From IMG/VR virus record IMGVR_UViG_3300020045_004184, positions 1 to 35,619 of that record: a DNA stretch of 35,619 bases; one strand, written 5' to 3'. Below the pieces are notes generated by a model. It worked only from the letters and a program-made list of their open reading frames with translations, was not told the origin of the DNA and did no database searches. A program made the position numbers and the translations under genes. How positions within the stretch are numbered: the stretch's first letter is position 1; the number at the start of each line of letters is the position of its first letter. Shown piece after piece: positions 25,201 to 34,825 of this stretch. The stretch is from a virus (lineage: Duplodnaviria > Caudoviricetes).

Positions 25201-26088
25201 TTAAATTGCTTCTAATAATGACCATGTAAGCACGGTCTTATCGAAATTTGTAGCTATCGGCGTCATATCTTGCATAACCGCAAGAGTAACGATATTTTCA
25301 TAAATGCTGTTTGGGTTGTCATCAACTATAAACGCCACTACCTCGTCACGGTAAGCTTTTGCCTTACGCCTTAAATTCATTAATGAAATTGATGGTATAG
25401 TAGTTTCAAAATCTATCAAGTCTTGAGCCGCACGTTTTGTAGTTGTCATTATACCAAACGTGTCAGTGGTGCGAGTGCTGTATGAGTGCCAACCAATTTT
25501 GACATCTTCCTTAGTTTGCCCCATATCAACTGCCGTTCCGCCAACAAGGAAACCACACTTCACACTTGCAAAAGTTCCTTTAATGAATGACACACGAATA
25601 TTAGTAGCGCCACGGTAAATGTCAAAATATTTAGCCTTGTCGGTTGAAACTGTATAATCTGAATAAATGTAATCGTAGTAATCAAATACATCATCATTAA
25701 ATGATTGATAAATTGATTGAGTAGCTATTACGTTATTTGAGCCATCTAGCGTTTCTATTTTTAACTCTTGACACGTATAGTATCCAATCGCTAAAGTATC
25801 AATATTGGAGGCTGAAAATGTTACCACTAAGTCCGTGTTAACTATTGTTTGTGTCATTGATTGAGTATCTATTAGAGAGTAATAATTTGAAACACCCCAT
25901 TTAGACCAATATGGAGAGTCTTCACTAGGGGCATGCCCTAAATTTGAAGCAATAGCGCTTTTCCAAAAATAATTACCATGCATTGTTATGTCGCCTAGCG
26001 CATAAGTTGTTCCCACCGCCCAATTTGCGTACTCTTGTGATATGTTAGGGCTAGTATATGAAGTAATCATCTGTTTTATAAATCTCAT
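25201..26088 (-). CDS. Distal tail / tail tip protein
   Basis: Follows the tape measure gene; YSTRTTDTFG motif. Confidence 0.65.
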   Translation of the reverse strand: MRFIKQMITSYTSPNISQEYANWAVGTTYALGDITMHGNYFWKSAIASNLGHAPSEDSPYWSKWGVSNYYSLIDTQSMTQTIVNTDLVVTFSASNIDTLAIGYYTCQELKIETLDGSNNVIATQSIYQSFNDDVFDYYDYIYSDYTVSTDKAKYFDIYRGATNIRVSFIKGTFASVKCGFLVGGTAVDMGQTKEDVKIGWHSYSTRTTDTFGIMTTTKRAAQDLIDFETTIPSISLMNLRRKAKAYRDEVVAFIVDDNPNSIYENIVTLAVMQDMTPIATNFDKTVLTWSLLEAI

Positions 26089-26351
26089 GTAATCACCACA
26101 TATTTACCAATTAATAGAGTAGTTTCTTTATCAAATTTTTGTGATGTAGAATCATTTGCTATATAATCCTCCGCATCGTAAGTTCCATCAAACCAAGGAG
26201 TGCTATTTATTGAAACTCTAACTCCATCTGTTTTTAGTTTTGTCATGTTTGCAGTAGGAAAAGCTGTAACAATGGTTGAGTTTAAAATAGGAGTATCGGC
26301 AGGAACAACAATAGCGCCAAGTATTTGTTTTACTATCGTTGGTTGAGCCAT
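26085..26351 (-). CDS. Small virion-associated hypothetical protein
   Basis: AGGAGG RBS; own TGTTATAAT at 26385-26377. Confidence 0.65.
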   Translation of the reverse strand: MAQPTIVKQILGAIVVPADTPILNSTIVTAFPTANMTKLKTDGVRVSINSTPWFDGTYDAEDYIANDSTSQKFDKETTLLIGKYVVIT

Positions 26352-26390
26352 GTTGTTCCTCCTTTATTTTATTGATATTATAACATACCG

Positions 26391-29300
26391 TTAAGCGGGT
26401 ATTGTCGCTCTAACTGCTTGCAATGTTTTAACGCTTGTCGCTGTTTGAGTAGTGTTTAAACTATTCAAATAATCAATCTGCGTTCTAAGTGCGTTTAACT
26501 CCATAACAATAGCTGATTTGTCACCAAGGTTAAATTTTAGCGTATCGTTAATCGTTCCAAGTGTAATATCAGGGCTAAGCACAACTCCCTCAAATTTATT
26601 AGCTAAAACTTTTTTAGCGTAGTCAATTTCTTTACTGCTTGAAGCTGTAGCCGTCACAGCGTCTATGTAACTTTGTGCGTTTGTTAAAGCTGTTGCTCCT
26701 ATGGTTGATAATTCGGTAGAGCCTGAGCCTATTGCATCAATCATAGCATTAAATGATGTCATAAATGTATTAAATGATGTTGTGGCGCTTGCAGTTGTTG
26801 TTTCAGTTCTCATTTTTGTCACAAAAGCGGTAATACTTGTTAGTAATGATGATAAATCGCTTCCACTTATTGCATCTTGAAGCTCATTGAAACCATCTGA
26901 TAATGTAATCAAACGACCATAAAGCTCTTGACCGCTTTCAGTAGATAGATCAATGCTATTAATTAATGCTTTAAATTCATCCGAAGTTTTAGGCATAGTT
27001 ACGCCAGCACTAGCAAACTGTGCGCTTAATACGCTTGTTTTATATGCTATTTGTTCAGTATCGCTCATAAAGTTTTCAATAAATGAACTTAAACCATCTC
27101 CTAACTCTGAAATGCTACCAGCTCCTAAAACCATCGAGCTAGTAAGATATTTAGCTTCTTTTCCCATTGTACTCATACCAATGCGAATTAATTGCAAAGC
27201 TGAATATGTTGTATAGAGTTCTTCTGCCGTTGCATCAAGGTTAGCAATAATTTCTACAACACCGTTACTTAAGCCATATAATGACTCGTCAACTTTAACA
27301 ATAGACTGCAATAATGCCTCAAAGCCTACATCACCTTGCTTATTAAGAATATCTGTGTATTTTATATCTTGGAACGCATTGCCTAATCTTCCTATGTAAT
27401 ACCCTGCCTCTTCCATTCCAGTAGCTACACGAGTCATGGTTGTAAACAAGCCTTCGCCCACTTGTTGGAACGCTGTTAAAAGTGGAAATGCCGTAGCCGA
27501 TATATTGTCACCTATTTTACCGAAAATGGCTTCTAGTGCTGTTTGTATTTCATCATTAGTTTTTCCAAGCAACGAAATTTTACCAATAGATACGACAAAG
27601 TTTTCAAGGCTTTTTGATACTTCTTCGCTTGATGTATCAAGTGCAAGTCCTGCTAGTAAAGTAGTTTGGTATAAATTGCTTAAAACTAAAGAAAATTGAC
27701 GCTCTGTTTCACTGTCTAAATCTTCAAAATAAGTAGCAATTGAACTACTTGATGATTTGCTAAACCATGATTTTTTGGTAGTTGTTGTTGTAATTGTTTG
27801 GTATGCACTACCGTTAAATTCTTTTATAGCACTTGTTAAAAGTGTATCAGCAAAATATATTCCCGAGTCTGTTAACGCTTGACTTACTGATGTTTTGCCA
27901 AACAAGCCGTTAAGCACAGCTCCAATAATTGAACTACCTAGCTTCATAGGTAAAACGCTAATAGATGATAACTTGTCTCCGCCAGCACTAATTAGTTTTT
28001 CAATTGCGTTATTAAATTTGTCATTACCCGCTAAGAATGATGTACCAATCCCGCTTACTGTTGCAGATGGAGCAGTGTATCCTTGCCCCATCGCATACCC
28101 AGCATTTTGATAAATAAGCGCTGACACACCGCCCAGCTTTTGGTCGATAGATGCTAAGTATTTATTCATTTGAGTTAACACGGAATATTGAGGCTTTGCA
28201 AAGTCTTTTAAAATTTCCATTGACTTAGTAATTGATTCGCTTTGTTTTGAAGCGTCACCGAGGACTGTACCAGTTCCAGTGTTTGCAGCCATCGCTGAAA
28301 CGCTATCAGCATATGAAACGCTTGTTTTAGTTCCACCACCCCCGAAAGCGATGTTAGCCTTTTGTAATGTAGCCGCTACCATAGCCGCCATCGCTACCAT
28401 ACGAGGAATAGCAGTATAAGGGTCGCCAGTTCCTGCCGTTAAAATAGCACGTACACCAGCAACAACTGCTAAACCGCTTTCAATCGCTTGAAATGCCGCC
28501 GCCTCACGACTTCCCTCATCGAACATATTAGACATAGCCCCAGCAATGTTTGCGTAACCGTTAATTTGGCTTTGGACGTGCTTTTCATCGTTTTCTTTCC
28601 ATTCTTTAGAGCCTTTGACAATATTTTTCTGATTATCTTTATATTGTTTTTGCTCTTTATCGAGTTTATCCATACCTTTGCCTATGGAGGCTATCGCTTT
28701 AGGAACACCCTCTAAATCTTTAGGGTCTAATTCTATACTTGCAGAAAATTTAAGCTCAGGCTTTGCTTTTTCTAAAGCTTCATTCATGTTTTCAATTAAT
28801 TTTTGTATTTGCTCATCACTAAATAAATCTGATTTATCAAATATTTCAGTATATTTTTGAATTATTTTTGTTGCTTCATCTTCGTATAACCCTAAAGACC
28901 TATTGATAAAGTCTTCTTTTTTCTTTAGTTTTTCCTCTTCATCTTTGTTAAACTTTTCGACTGTTTCTTTGTTTAGTCTTTCTACTTCTATGTAATAATT
29001 TTCGGTTAGTAATCGTTTAGCTTCTTGATTACCTTTAAACTTTTCCAAATCCTCGTTATATTTCTTTTCAAGTAAAATATAAGGCTTTGACACTTCGTCT
29101 TGTTCAGCAATAGAATTTTCATATACTAATTCTAGTTTACGCTTATTCCAATCTTCCGCTAGTTTTTCTGCATCTTGTTGTGCTTTTTTTTGTGCTTTTA
29201 ATTTTTCTTTTTCGGCTTTCTCTTTGTCTTTTGTTTCTTTTTCTGTTCGCTCTGTTTCAGAAGCAAAAAATGCCATATTTTGCTGATCTCTTAATTCTCT

Positions 29301-30485
29301 TTCGCTATCACTGAAAGCCTTTGCTGTTTCCAATCTTGATTTTACTAATTCTTTGTAGTCCTCTTCTCCACTTTTAGGCACTATTAATTTTTCAATTGGT
29401 TTTTTAAAAGTTTTATCTAAATCTTGCTGTAGTTTTTTAATATCTTCTAAGTTTTTAATAATAGGGTCTGATATAGAATCTACCCATGTCGCAAAACCAC
29501 TAAGAGATTTAGACGCTAAATTTCCAGACTCTTCAACTACTGTTGCTCCTACATTTGCAATGTCTAAAATCAAATCAGATAATGCTTTAACTACTTTATA
29601 TGAGTTTTGATGTTTTAAAATAAATGTGTCTATATGCTTATCAAAAGTAGAGAAATATTCAGGAGCTTTGCCAACCGCCCCAGTTATTCCTTCAATAGCT
29701 TTTACTACATAAGCACTAGCCCCAGTCATTTTATCTAAAGACTCTATTGTCGTGCCAGTAGTATTTTTTAATACTTCTATAGCCCCACCAACTACGGTTG
29801 GAATAGTTTTTGCCTCTTCTTTTAGTTTAGAAAATCCATTAATTAAAGCACCGCTTAATACGTCAGCGGTTAATTTTCCATCAGTTGCCATTTGTTTAAT
29901 TTCAGCCGAAGTTTTGCCAAGTTCTTCTCTTAGTAATCTCATAAAACGAGGGTTGTTCTCAATCATGGAACGATATTCATCACCTTGTAAACGACCACTT
30001 GCCATGGCTTGAGAAAATTGAAGAATAGCGGCACTAGATTCCTGAGCCGAAGCCCCACCAATTAACAAAGACTTAGAAAAAGAATCGGTAATTTTCATTA
30101 CTGTTTGAGTTGAAACACCCATTTTTTCTAGGTCAGGTTTCATTTTTGTATAAAGTTGCGCTACACTAGAAAATGCCGTTTTGTTTTCATTAGCTATTGA
30201 TATTAACTTTTTTTGATTATCTGCATATGATTCGGTAGCGTCAGAAACTAATTTTATTCTAGCTTCTAATAGTTTCATACTATCAGCTACTTTTATGGTT
30301 TCTATTGCCATCGTAGCAAAGCCAACAGTACCAATTATAGCTCCAAGCTTACCGAAGGCGGAACTAACTCCTTGCGTTGATTTTTCAGTCTTATTTGCGC
30401 TACTACTAAGCTTTTCTAATTCACTCTGCGCTTTTTTAATATCGCCCGATTCAATCGCTATTTTTAAACTTGCTAAATTTGCCAT
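26391..30485 (-). CDS. Tail tape measure protein
   Basis: 1364 aa; GASAQESSAAILQFSQAMASGRLQGDEYRS tape-measure N-terminal motif; follows the tail chaperone genes. Confidence 0.92.
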   Translation of the reverse strand: MANLASLKIAIESGDIKKAQSELEKLSSSANKTEKSTQGVSSAFGKLGAIIGTVGFATMAIETIKVADSMKLLEARIKLVSDATESYADNQKKLISIANENKTAFSSVAQLYTKMKPDLEKMGVSTQTVMKITDSFSKSLLIGGASAQESSAAILQFSQAMASGRLQGDEYRSMIENNPRFMRLLREELGKTSAEIKQMATDGKLTADVLSGALINGFSKLKEEAKTIPTVVGGAIEVLKNTTGTTIESLDKMTGASAYVVKAIEGITGAVGKAPEYFSTFDKHIDTFILKHQNSYKVVKALSDLILDIANVGATVVEESGNLASKSLSGFATWVDSISDPIIKNLEDIKKLQQDLDKTFKKPIEKLIVPKSGEEDYKELVKSRLETAKAFSDSERELRDQQNMAFFASETERTEKETKDKEKAEKEKLKAQKKAQQDAEKLAEDWNKRKLELVYENSIAEQDEVSKPYILLEKKYNEDLEKFKGNQEAKRLLTENYYIEVERLNKETVEKFNKDEEEKLKKKEDFINRSLGLYEDEATKIIQKYTEIFDKSDLFSDEQIQKLIENMNEALEKAKPELKFSASIELDPKDLEGVPKAIASIGKGMDKLDKEQKQYKDNQKNIVKGSKEWKENDEKHVQSQINGYANIAGAMSNMFDEGSREAAAFQAIESGLAVVAGVRAILTAGTGDPYTAIPRMVAMAAMVAATLQKANIAFGGGGTKTSVSYADSVSAMAANTGTGTVLGDASKQSESITKSMEILKDFAKPQYSVLTQMNKYLASIDQKLGGVSALIYQNAGYAMGQGYTAPSATVSGIGTSFLAGNDKFNNAIEKLISAGGDKLSSISVLPMKLGSSIIGAVLNGLFGKTSVSQALTDSGIYFADTLLTSAIKEFNGSAYQTITTTTTKKSWFSKSSSSSIATYFEDLDSETERQFSLVLSNLYQTTLLAGLALDTSSEEVSKSLENFVVSIGKISLLGKTNDEIQTALEAIFGKIGDNISATAFPLLTAFQQVGEGLFTTMTRVATGMEEAGYYIGRLGNAFQDIKYTDILNKQGDVGFEALLQSIVKVDESLYGLSNGVVEIIANLDATAEELYTTYSALQLIRIGMSTMGKEAKYLTSSMVLGAGSISELGDGLSSFIENFMSDTEQIAYKTSVLSAQFASAGVTMPKTSDEFKALINSIDLSTESGQELYGRLITLSDGFNELQDAISGSDLSSLLTSITAFVTKMRTETTTASATTSFNTFMTSFNAMIDAIGSGSTELSTIGATALTNAQSYIDAVTATASSSKEIDYAKKVLANKFEGVVLSPDITLGTINDTLKFNLGDKSAIVMELNALRTQIDYLNSLNTTQTATSVKTLQAVRATIPA

Positions 30486-30519
30486 TAATGTGTTCCTATT
30501 GTAGGATTTATTTAATCTA

Positions 30520-30584
30520 ATTATAACAAAGCTATGACTTAGCTAAAAAAGACTATTGACATTTAAAAGTAATAGTGATATAGT
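30520..30584. promoter_or_regulatory. Back-to-back promoters
   Basis: Minus TGTTATAAT 30528-30520; plus TTGACA(30556)-17-TATAGT(30579). Confidence 0.7.
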
Positions 30585-30613
30585 TTGGTAATTTAATTTT
30601 AAGGGGCAGGAAG

Positions 30614-30883
30614 ATGAGAGACATAATTTTAATATACACTGTAAAAGCAACGTTTTGTGGCAAAGAAGAATTATTAACTTGCCATATACCAGTTGTAAAA
30701 TATCTAGAAGAAAATGATGAGACAATTAGCATTGCGATCAATGATATGTGCGAAGAAAAAAATGCTGAGTACTGCACTTGTAGCTTTAATGAGTCTCAAA
30801 ACTATTGTGATTGTAGTTGCGGAGAATGGAATGGAGAATTTGTAATAGTAAGCAGAGAATGTGAGTATGGATGTGAATTATGA
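30614..30883 (+). CDS. Cys-rich acidic hypothetical protein (inserted cassette)
   Basis: AGGA RBS after the promoter. Confidence 0.65.
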   Translation: MRDIILIYTVKATFCGKEELLTCHIPVVKYLEENDETISIAINDMCEEKNAEYCTCSFNESQNYCDCSCGEWNGEFVIVSRECEYGCEL

Positions 30884-30975
30884 TTAACTTCATTATGATT
30901 ATGCTACACATTGTAGCTTGTGCGGTTATGCCGTTAGCGTTGTTTGTGACTATACCGTTGCATATTATTTGTAAT
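30880..30975 (+). CDS. 31-aa hydrophobic peptide
   Basis: MINFIMIMLHIVACAVMPLALFVTIPLHIIL; ATGA overlap. Confidence 0.55.
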
Positions 30976-30990
30976 AAGTGAGGATAAAAA

Positions 30991-31200
30991 ATGGAATGGA
31001 TTAAAACTAGTGATAAATTTCCGAATAGCAATGAAATGTGTTTGGTTATTTTAGAAAATAGAAAAGATATTGATGTGTTATGGTGGGATGATTATTACCA
31101 ATGTTGGAATGATTTTAGCAATGATGATAACGCATGCGAAGCTTTAGATGTAGAATATTGGATGGCTATGCCTGAATTGCCAAAAAGAAGTGAGGGCTAA
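30991..31200 (+). CDS. DUF551 family protein
   Basis: MEWIKTSDKFP...VEYWMAMPELP. Confidence 0.85.
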   Translation: MEWIKTSDKFPNSNEMCLVILENRKDIDVLWWDDYYQCWNDFSNDDNACEALDVEYWMAMPELPKRSEG

Positions 31201-31210
31201 TTAAGCCCTC
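31192..31210. terminator. Hairpin between convergent genes
   Basis: GAGGGCT/AGCCCTC spanning both stop codons. Confidence 0.55.
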
Positions 31211-31593
31211 TTGTAAGGTAGTATAGCGTTAGGGTTTTTCTCTTGACTATAAGCCACATATGCACTAGACATTTGCTTTAATAGCAACACCTCGTCAGGG
31301 CTTAGTGATGAATTTGTAAGTCTAACATAAGCCTCTATTTCTTGAAATGAAACTGATACAATTCCCATCCCACTACTTGAAGCCCATCCTAAGTTGTTTA
31401 AGTGTTCAAGTAAATATTCTGCGCCCATGATAGGTGGGTATTCTATCTTAATTAAATCTTTGAAGCGTTTATATCTATCTCCAAAAGTTTTCTTTTCTTC
31501 TTCTTTGTACTCTTCATCAGGGGTGGCGGATAAATGACCCGCCTGCATTGCGTAGAGAAGTAAGTTGTCGGCTACTTCTCTCGGTAGTTTCCC
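31201..31593 (-). CDS. Tail assembly chaperone C-terminal extension (GT-like), reached by -1 frameshift
   Basis: Slippery G GGA AAC (31593-31587); the -1 frame reads LPREVADNLLLYAMQAGHLSATP...SFQEIEAYVRL. Confidence 0.8.
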   Translation of the reverse strand, partial: GKLPREVADNLLLYAMQAGHLSATPDEEYKEEEKKTFGDRYKRFKDLIKIEYPPIMGAEYLLEHLNNLGWASSSGMGIVSVSFQEIEAYVRLTNSSLSPDEVLLLKQMSSAYVAYSQEKNPNAILPYKRA

Positions 31594-31985
31594 AGGTTAT
31601 CCGCAAAGAAATAAACCGCGTCCATAAACTCTTCACACTCTTCGAACGCTTTGATACATTCAGCCTTGGAAAATTTAATCTCTTTGCCTTTGTCATTCTC
31701 AACACCCGACCATCCCACTACAATATCGCTGATAAAGTCTAGCGATAACTCTTTTATAAGCTCTACTTTTAATTGTACTTTATCGTCTTTTTTATCCACG
31801 TTTTTTTCATCTTGCATTAACTCGATCATTTTTAATTGCATTGAATGTTTAGCTTCCTTGGCTACTTTTGAACGTGTTGAATATACATTGACAAAGATAG
31901 GCTTTTCAAAACTTTCACCCGTAAATGGATCTTTGAACTCAAATTGTTTCGCCTCTTCATTAAGTCTAATTTTGGATAATTGCAT
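31572..31985 (-). CDS. Tail assembly chaperone (G-like)
   Basis: Lies between tail tube and tape measure genes; IVVGWSGV...FSKAEC. Confidence 0.8.
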   Translation of the reverse strand: MQLSKIRLNEEAKQFEFKDPFTGESFEKPIFVNVYSTRSKVAKEAKHSMQLKMIELMQDEKNVDKKDDKVQLKVELIKELSLDFISDIVVGWSGVENDKGKEIKFSKAECIKAFEECEEFMDAVYFFADNLGNYREK

Positions 31986-32011
31986 TTTTACCTCTTTTTG
32001 TTATTTTGGTA

Positions 32012-32068
32012 ATTATAGCATATTTATTAAAGAATGGTATTGACAATTAAAAGTAATTAGTGTATGAT
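32012..32068. promoter_or_regulatory. Back-to-back promoters
   Basis: Minus TGCTATAAT 32020-32012; plus TTGACA(32040)-17-TATGAT(32063). Confidence 0.7.
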
Positions 32069-32096
32069 TTGGTATATTAAAAAAAGGAGTGATAAG

Positions 32097-32543
32097 ATGA
32101 AAAAAAGAGAATTTGATATAGCCAACTATGATGTAAAATCAAAAGTGAGAGAGATTGTATCTAAAAAGGTTAGTGATGTTGTATTTGGCGGTGTTGCTTT
32201 TAAAGTAAAACTTAGCCGGTATGATGTGCAATGCTCTGATACATCATATGAAGAATTATCGGAAGAAGCCAAACAAGAAGTTATCCAGTCCTTTAAAAGA
32301 GATTTTGATAAGAAAGTAAAGGAAACGGTAGAAACTTTTAATACTTTAAAGAAAAAATCTGATTTTGTTTTTAGTGATGATAAAGACTACAAAGAGCTTA
32401 TAGAAGTTTTAGACGACAATTATTATTGCCAAGCGCTTACAGCATTAAAAGATTTTTGCGATGTTAAACTTAAAGGTAAAACTGCTAAGTCTTTAAAATA
32501 TAATGAAAGGCTACAACAATTTAATAATTTATCTTGCGATTAA
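32097..32543 (+). CDS. Hypothetical protein (inserted cassette)
   Basis: AAGGAG RBS before MKKREFDI. Confidence 0.7.
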   Translation: MKKREFDIANYDVKSKVREIVSKKVSDVVFGGVAFKVKLSRYDVQCSDTSYEELSEEAKQEVIQSFKRDFDKKVKETVETFNTLKKKSDFVFSDDKDYKELIEVLDDNYYCQALTALKDFCDVKLKGKTAKSLKYNERLQQFNNLSCD

Positions 32544-32569
32544 ATGGGGTAATTTAATACCCCATTTTT
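32542..32569. terminator. Intrinsic terminator between convergent genes
   Basis: AAATGGGGTA/TACCCCATTT inverted repeat plus T-run. Confidence 0.7.
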
Positions 32570-32572
32570 GGG

Positions 32573-33025
32573 TTAAGCCACTATTTCAGTGCTCGCCCCA
32601 TTCTGCTCGAGCGTTCCTTTAAACACTACAAAAGCGTCAAGCGCATAAGTTTTCATTGTAGAGCTTGTTTTAACTGGTAAAACTGTGTAGTTTCCATCGG
32701 TATTGACAATAATAGCCTTACGCTCTGATTTATCAGCAAACATAGTTCTAATTTCATTTTGACCAGCTGTATCGGCTGGGTTGAACGGACACTCTACGGT
32801 AAAGTTGCCATAAGAGATAGATCCCATTGATTTTTCACTATCATCATTTGATAGATACTTGTATTCTGTCATCGCACGAGTGCCACCAATATCACCGAGT
32901 GAAGTGGTTTTAATCATACGCTTACCCGTTGCAATAGCCGTAGCACATTGCGCCTTTGATGTTGTAGCCGTAGCAACTGGGACTAAATATAAGTCCATTC
33001 CCGTCGAGTCAACTGTTCCTGCCAT
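32573..33025 (-). CDS. Major tail (tube) protein
   Basis: SLGDIGGT...KSMGSISYG...DTAGQ; position; own TGTTATAAT at 33065-33057. Confidence 0.8.
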   Translation of the reverse strand: MAGTVDSTGMDLYLVPVATATTSKAQCATAIATGKRMIKTTSLGDIGGTRAMTEYKYLSNDDSEKSMGSISYGNFTVECPFNPADTAGQNEIRTMFADKSERKAIIVNTDGNYTVLPVKTSSTMKTYALDAFVVFKGTLEQNGASTEIVA

Positions 33026-33077
33026 TTTTTATCCTTAAGGTTGAATTTCAGTCGTAATTATAACATTTGTAAAGTGG

Positions 33078-33485
33078 CTACTTTTCTATCAAGCTTTTCC
33101 ACGGGATTGACACTGCAATAACGTATCTATCACCGTCTTGACCAAGCGTAACGGTGTCGGGCGTGTCTGTAATAGTTACCGTAATATCTCCACTTGTAAG
33201 CTTAGTACCTTGTAAAAAATTGTCTATATATAACTGTGCTCTGTTCTGGACATCATCTGTGTAATTTCCAAAAGGATATTTTAATGTTATTTGAAATATA
33301 CCACGGGCTAGGTATGTCTTTTCATTTAAATACGGTGCATTATTATCCGCAGGCAATAAGTAAAGCTCTTGGTAAGGTATATTACTTATTGGCGTATATG
33401 CCTTACCCTCATACGCAGTAGCTATTTTTGGATTTATAGATGATATTTTTGTATAAAATGCGTTTTTAATTAATACTAGGCTCAT
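33078..33485 (-). CDS. Tail terminator (DUF4128-like)
   Basis: AYEGKAYTP...GIFQITLKYP...AVSIPW. Confidence 0.75.
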   Translation of the reverse strand: MSLVLIKNAFYTKISSINPKIATAYEGKAYTPISNIPYQELYLLPADNNAPYLNEKTYLARGIFQITLKYPFGNYTDDVQNRAQLYIDNFLQGTKLTSGDITVTITDTPDTVTLGQDGDRYVIAVSIPWKSLIEK

Positions 33486-33889
33486 TTAGTCTCCATGTTT
33501 GCAATGTTTAAAATTTTGTCAAATAGCATTAAGTTAATTCTCGCCATGCCTGCAGGACTTTGTTTTGAATACCCATACTCCAATCGTTCTATATAGGGAA
33601 GATTTGAAGATAAAGTAAAAGTCATTCCTGCTTTTAATTCATTTGTTGTGCTTGAAACTCTTGCTATTGACTTGCTTCCTGATTTGTCTAAATCATCTAC
33701 TGGATTTATTTTATCGCTAAATGTATTTATTTGAGGAAACCACGAACCCCTCGCTCGTCCACTGTCAACTGGCGTACCTTTAATAATACGGCTAGATAAA
33801 TCTAGGCACGTGCGCTTAAACACTTTAGTAGCTTTCTCGCTTGTCATATTCTCAAAAGCTTTCATTTGCGCACTAAATGAAGCCATCAA
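33482..33889 (-). CDS. HK97 gp10-like tail completion protein
   Basis: TPVDSGRARGSW...NLPYIERLEYGYSKQSPAGM. Confidence 0.85.
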   Translation of the reverse strand: MMASFSAQMKAFENMTSEKATKVFKRTCLDLSSRIIKGTPVDSGRARGSWFPQINTFSDKINPVDDLDKSGSKSIARVSSTTNELKAGMTFTLSSNLPYIERLEYGYSKQSPAGMARINLMLFDKILNIANMETK

Positions 33890-34257
33890 TGTGCCTTACA
33901 AATAATTTGGTGTAGTGCTATGTCGCTACCCCCATAAGTGGGCTGATTAGAAATGAATTGATATTCTTTACCACTAAACAGAACTTTATCGCCTACCTTT
34001 GGAGCGATAACCAATTCTAAAGCTGAAACCATAAACACTACATCACTCGCACTTGCTAAACCACCGTTAATCATTCCATAAGTGGGATTAGATGGGTAAG
34101 TAGTAATTTGGTGCTCTATCTCTTGATCTGCTTCCATCTCTTGTGTAACTGGGTTAAACCCTGCGCCTGCTATGAATTGAATATAAGTAGCGGGTGCGCC
34201 AAACTTCTTTAATAATTTATCGGCTGTGTTTTTAGCTTTAGTGTTAAGTGCGTTCAT
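33886..34257 (-). CDS. Head closure / head-tail joining protein
   Basis: ADKLLKKFG...PKVGD; synteny. Confidence 0.7.
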   Translation of the reverse strand: MNALNTKAKNTADKLLKKFGAPATYIQFIAGAGFNPVTQEMEADQEIEHQITTYPSNPTYGMINGGLASASDVVFMVSALELVIAPKVGDKVLFSGKEYQFISNQPTYGGSDIALHQIICKAH

Positions 34258-34715
34258 TACGTTCTACTTATTTTATGAGCCGTGCCACTTCCGTTAAGGT
34301 ATGGCATTACCAACATATCTACTAAAGCATAGTTTGTTGATTGTGGCGCATATTCGCTATATTCCACCTCAATATCTCCTACTTTCTCTTTGGTCGTAGC
34401 ACGTTCAATATCAGGTGCTAATGTAGCACTTTTAGCACGATATGCTAACTCGCAAATAGCATTCTTAATAGCTATGGGGTACACGTTTTCGTTATCAATC
34501 AAACGAGGGAATGCAAGTGATTGTGTATCGACTAGCTTCTCACCTTTGATGTTGTTGCCGTAATACGCCTCGAAATAATCCATACCGTTTATAATATCAG
34601 CATCAGTTGATGCGTATGTTACGCCACGCAATGCAAAGTAAGCGTCAACGAATGTGGTATCTACGTAGCTTTGCGCGTCTGATTTTCCTGAGCCATCTTC
34701 AATGATTAGAGCCAT
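34257..34715 (-). CDS. Head-tail adaptor (DnaT-like family)
   Basis: MALIIEDGSGKSDAQSYV...QSLAFPR...KEKVGDIEVEY. Confidence 0.8.
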   Translation of the reverse strand: MALIIEDGSGKSDAQSYVDTTFVDAYFALRGVTYASTDADIINGMDYFEAYYGNNIKGEKLVDTQSLAFPRLIDNENVYPIAIKNAICELAYRAKSATLAPDIERATTKEKVGDIEVEYSEYAPQSTNYALVDMLVMPYLNGSGTAHKISRT

Positions 34716-34741
34716 AGGTTAGCCTTTAAAGTTATTATCAA

Positions 34742-34802
34742 ATTATACAATAGTTAGAAATGGGTAAATTACATTGACATTTAAAAGTAATTGGTGTAAT
34801 AT
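34742..34802. promoter_or_regulatory. Back-to-back promoters
   Basis: Minus TTGTATAAT 34750-34742; plus TTGACA(34774)-17-TAATAT(34797). Confidence 0.65.
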
Positions 34803-34825
34803 GTTTGAAAGTAAAAGGGGTTAAA

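Noticed and set aside
22107-33421. Plus-strand ORFs opposite lysis, fibre, tape measure and tail genes (e.g. 24952, 26953-30504, 31548, 31651, 33236)
   Set aside because: They are antisense shadows of well-supported genes.
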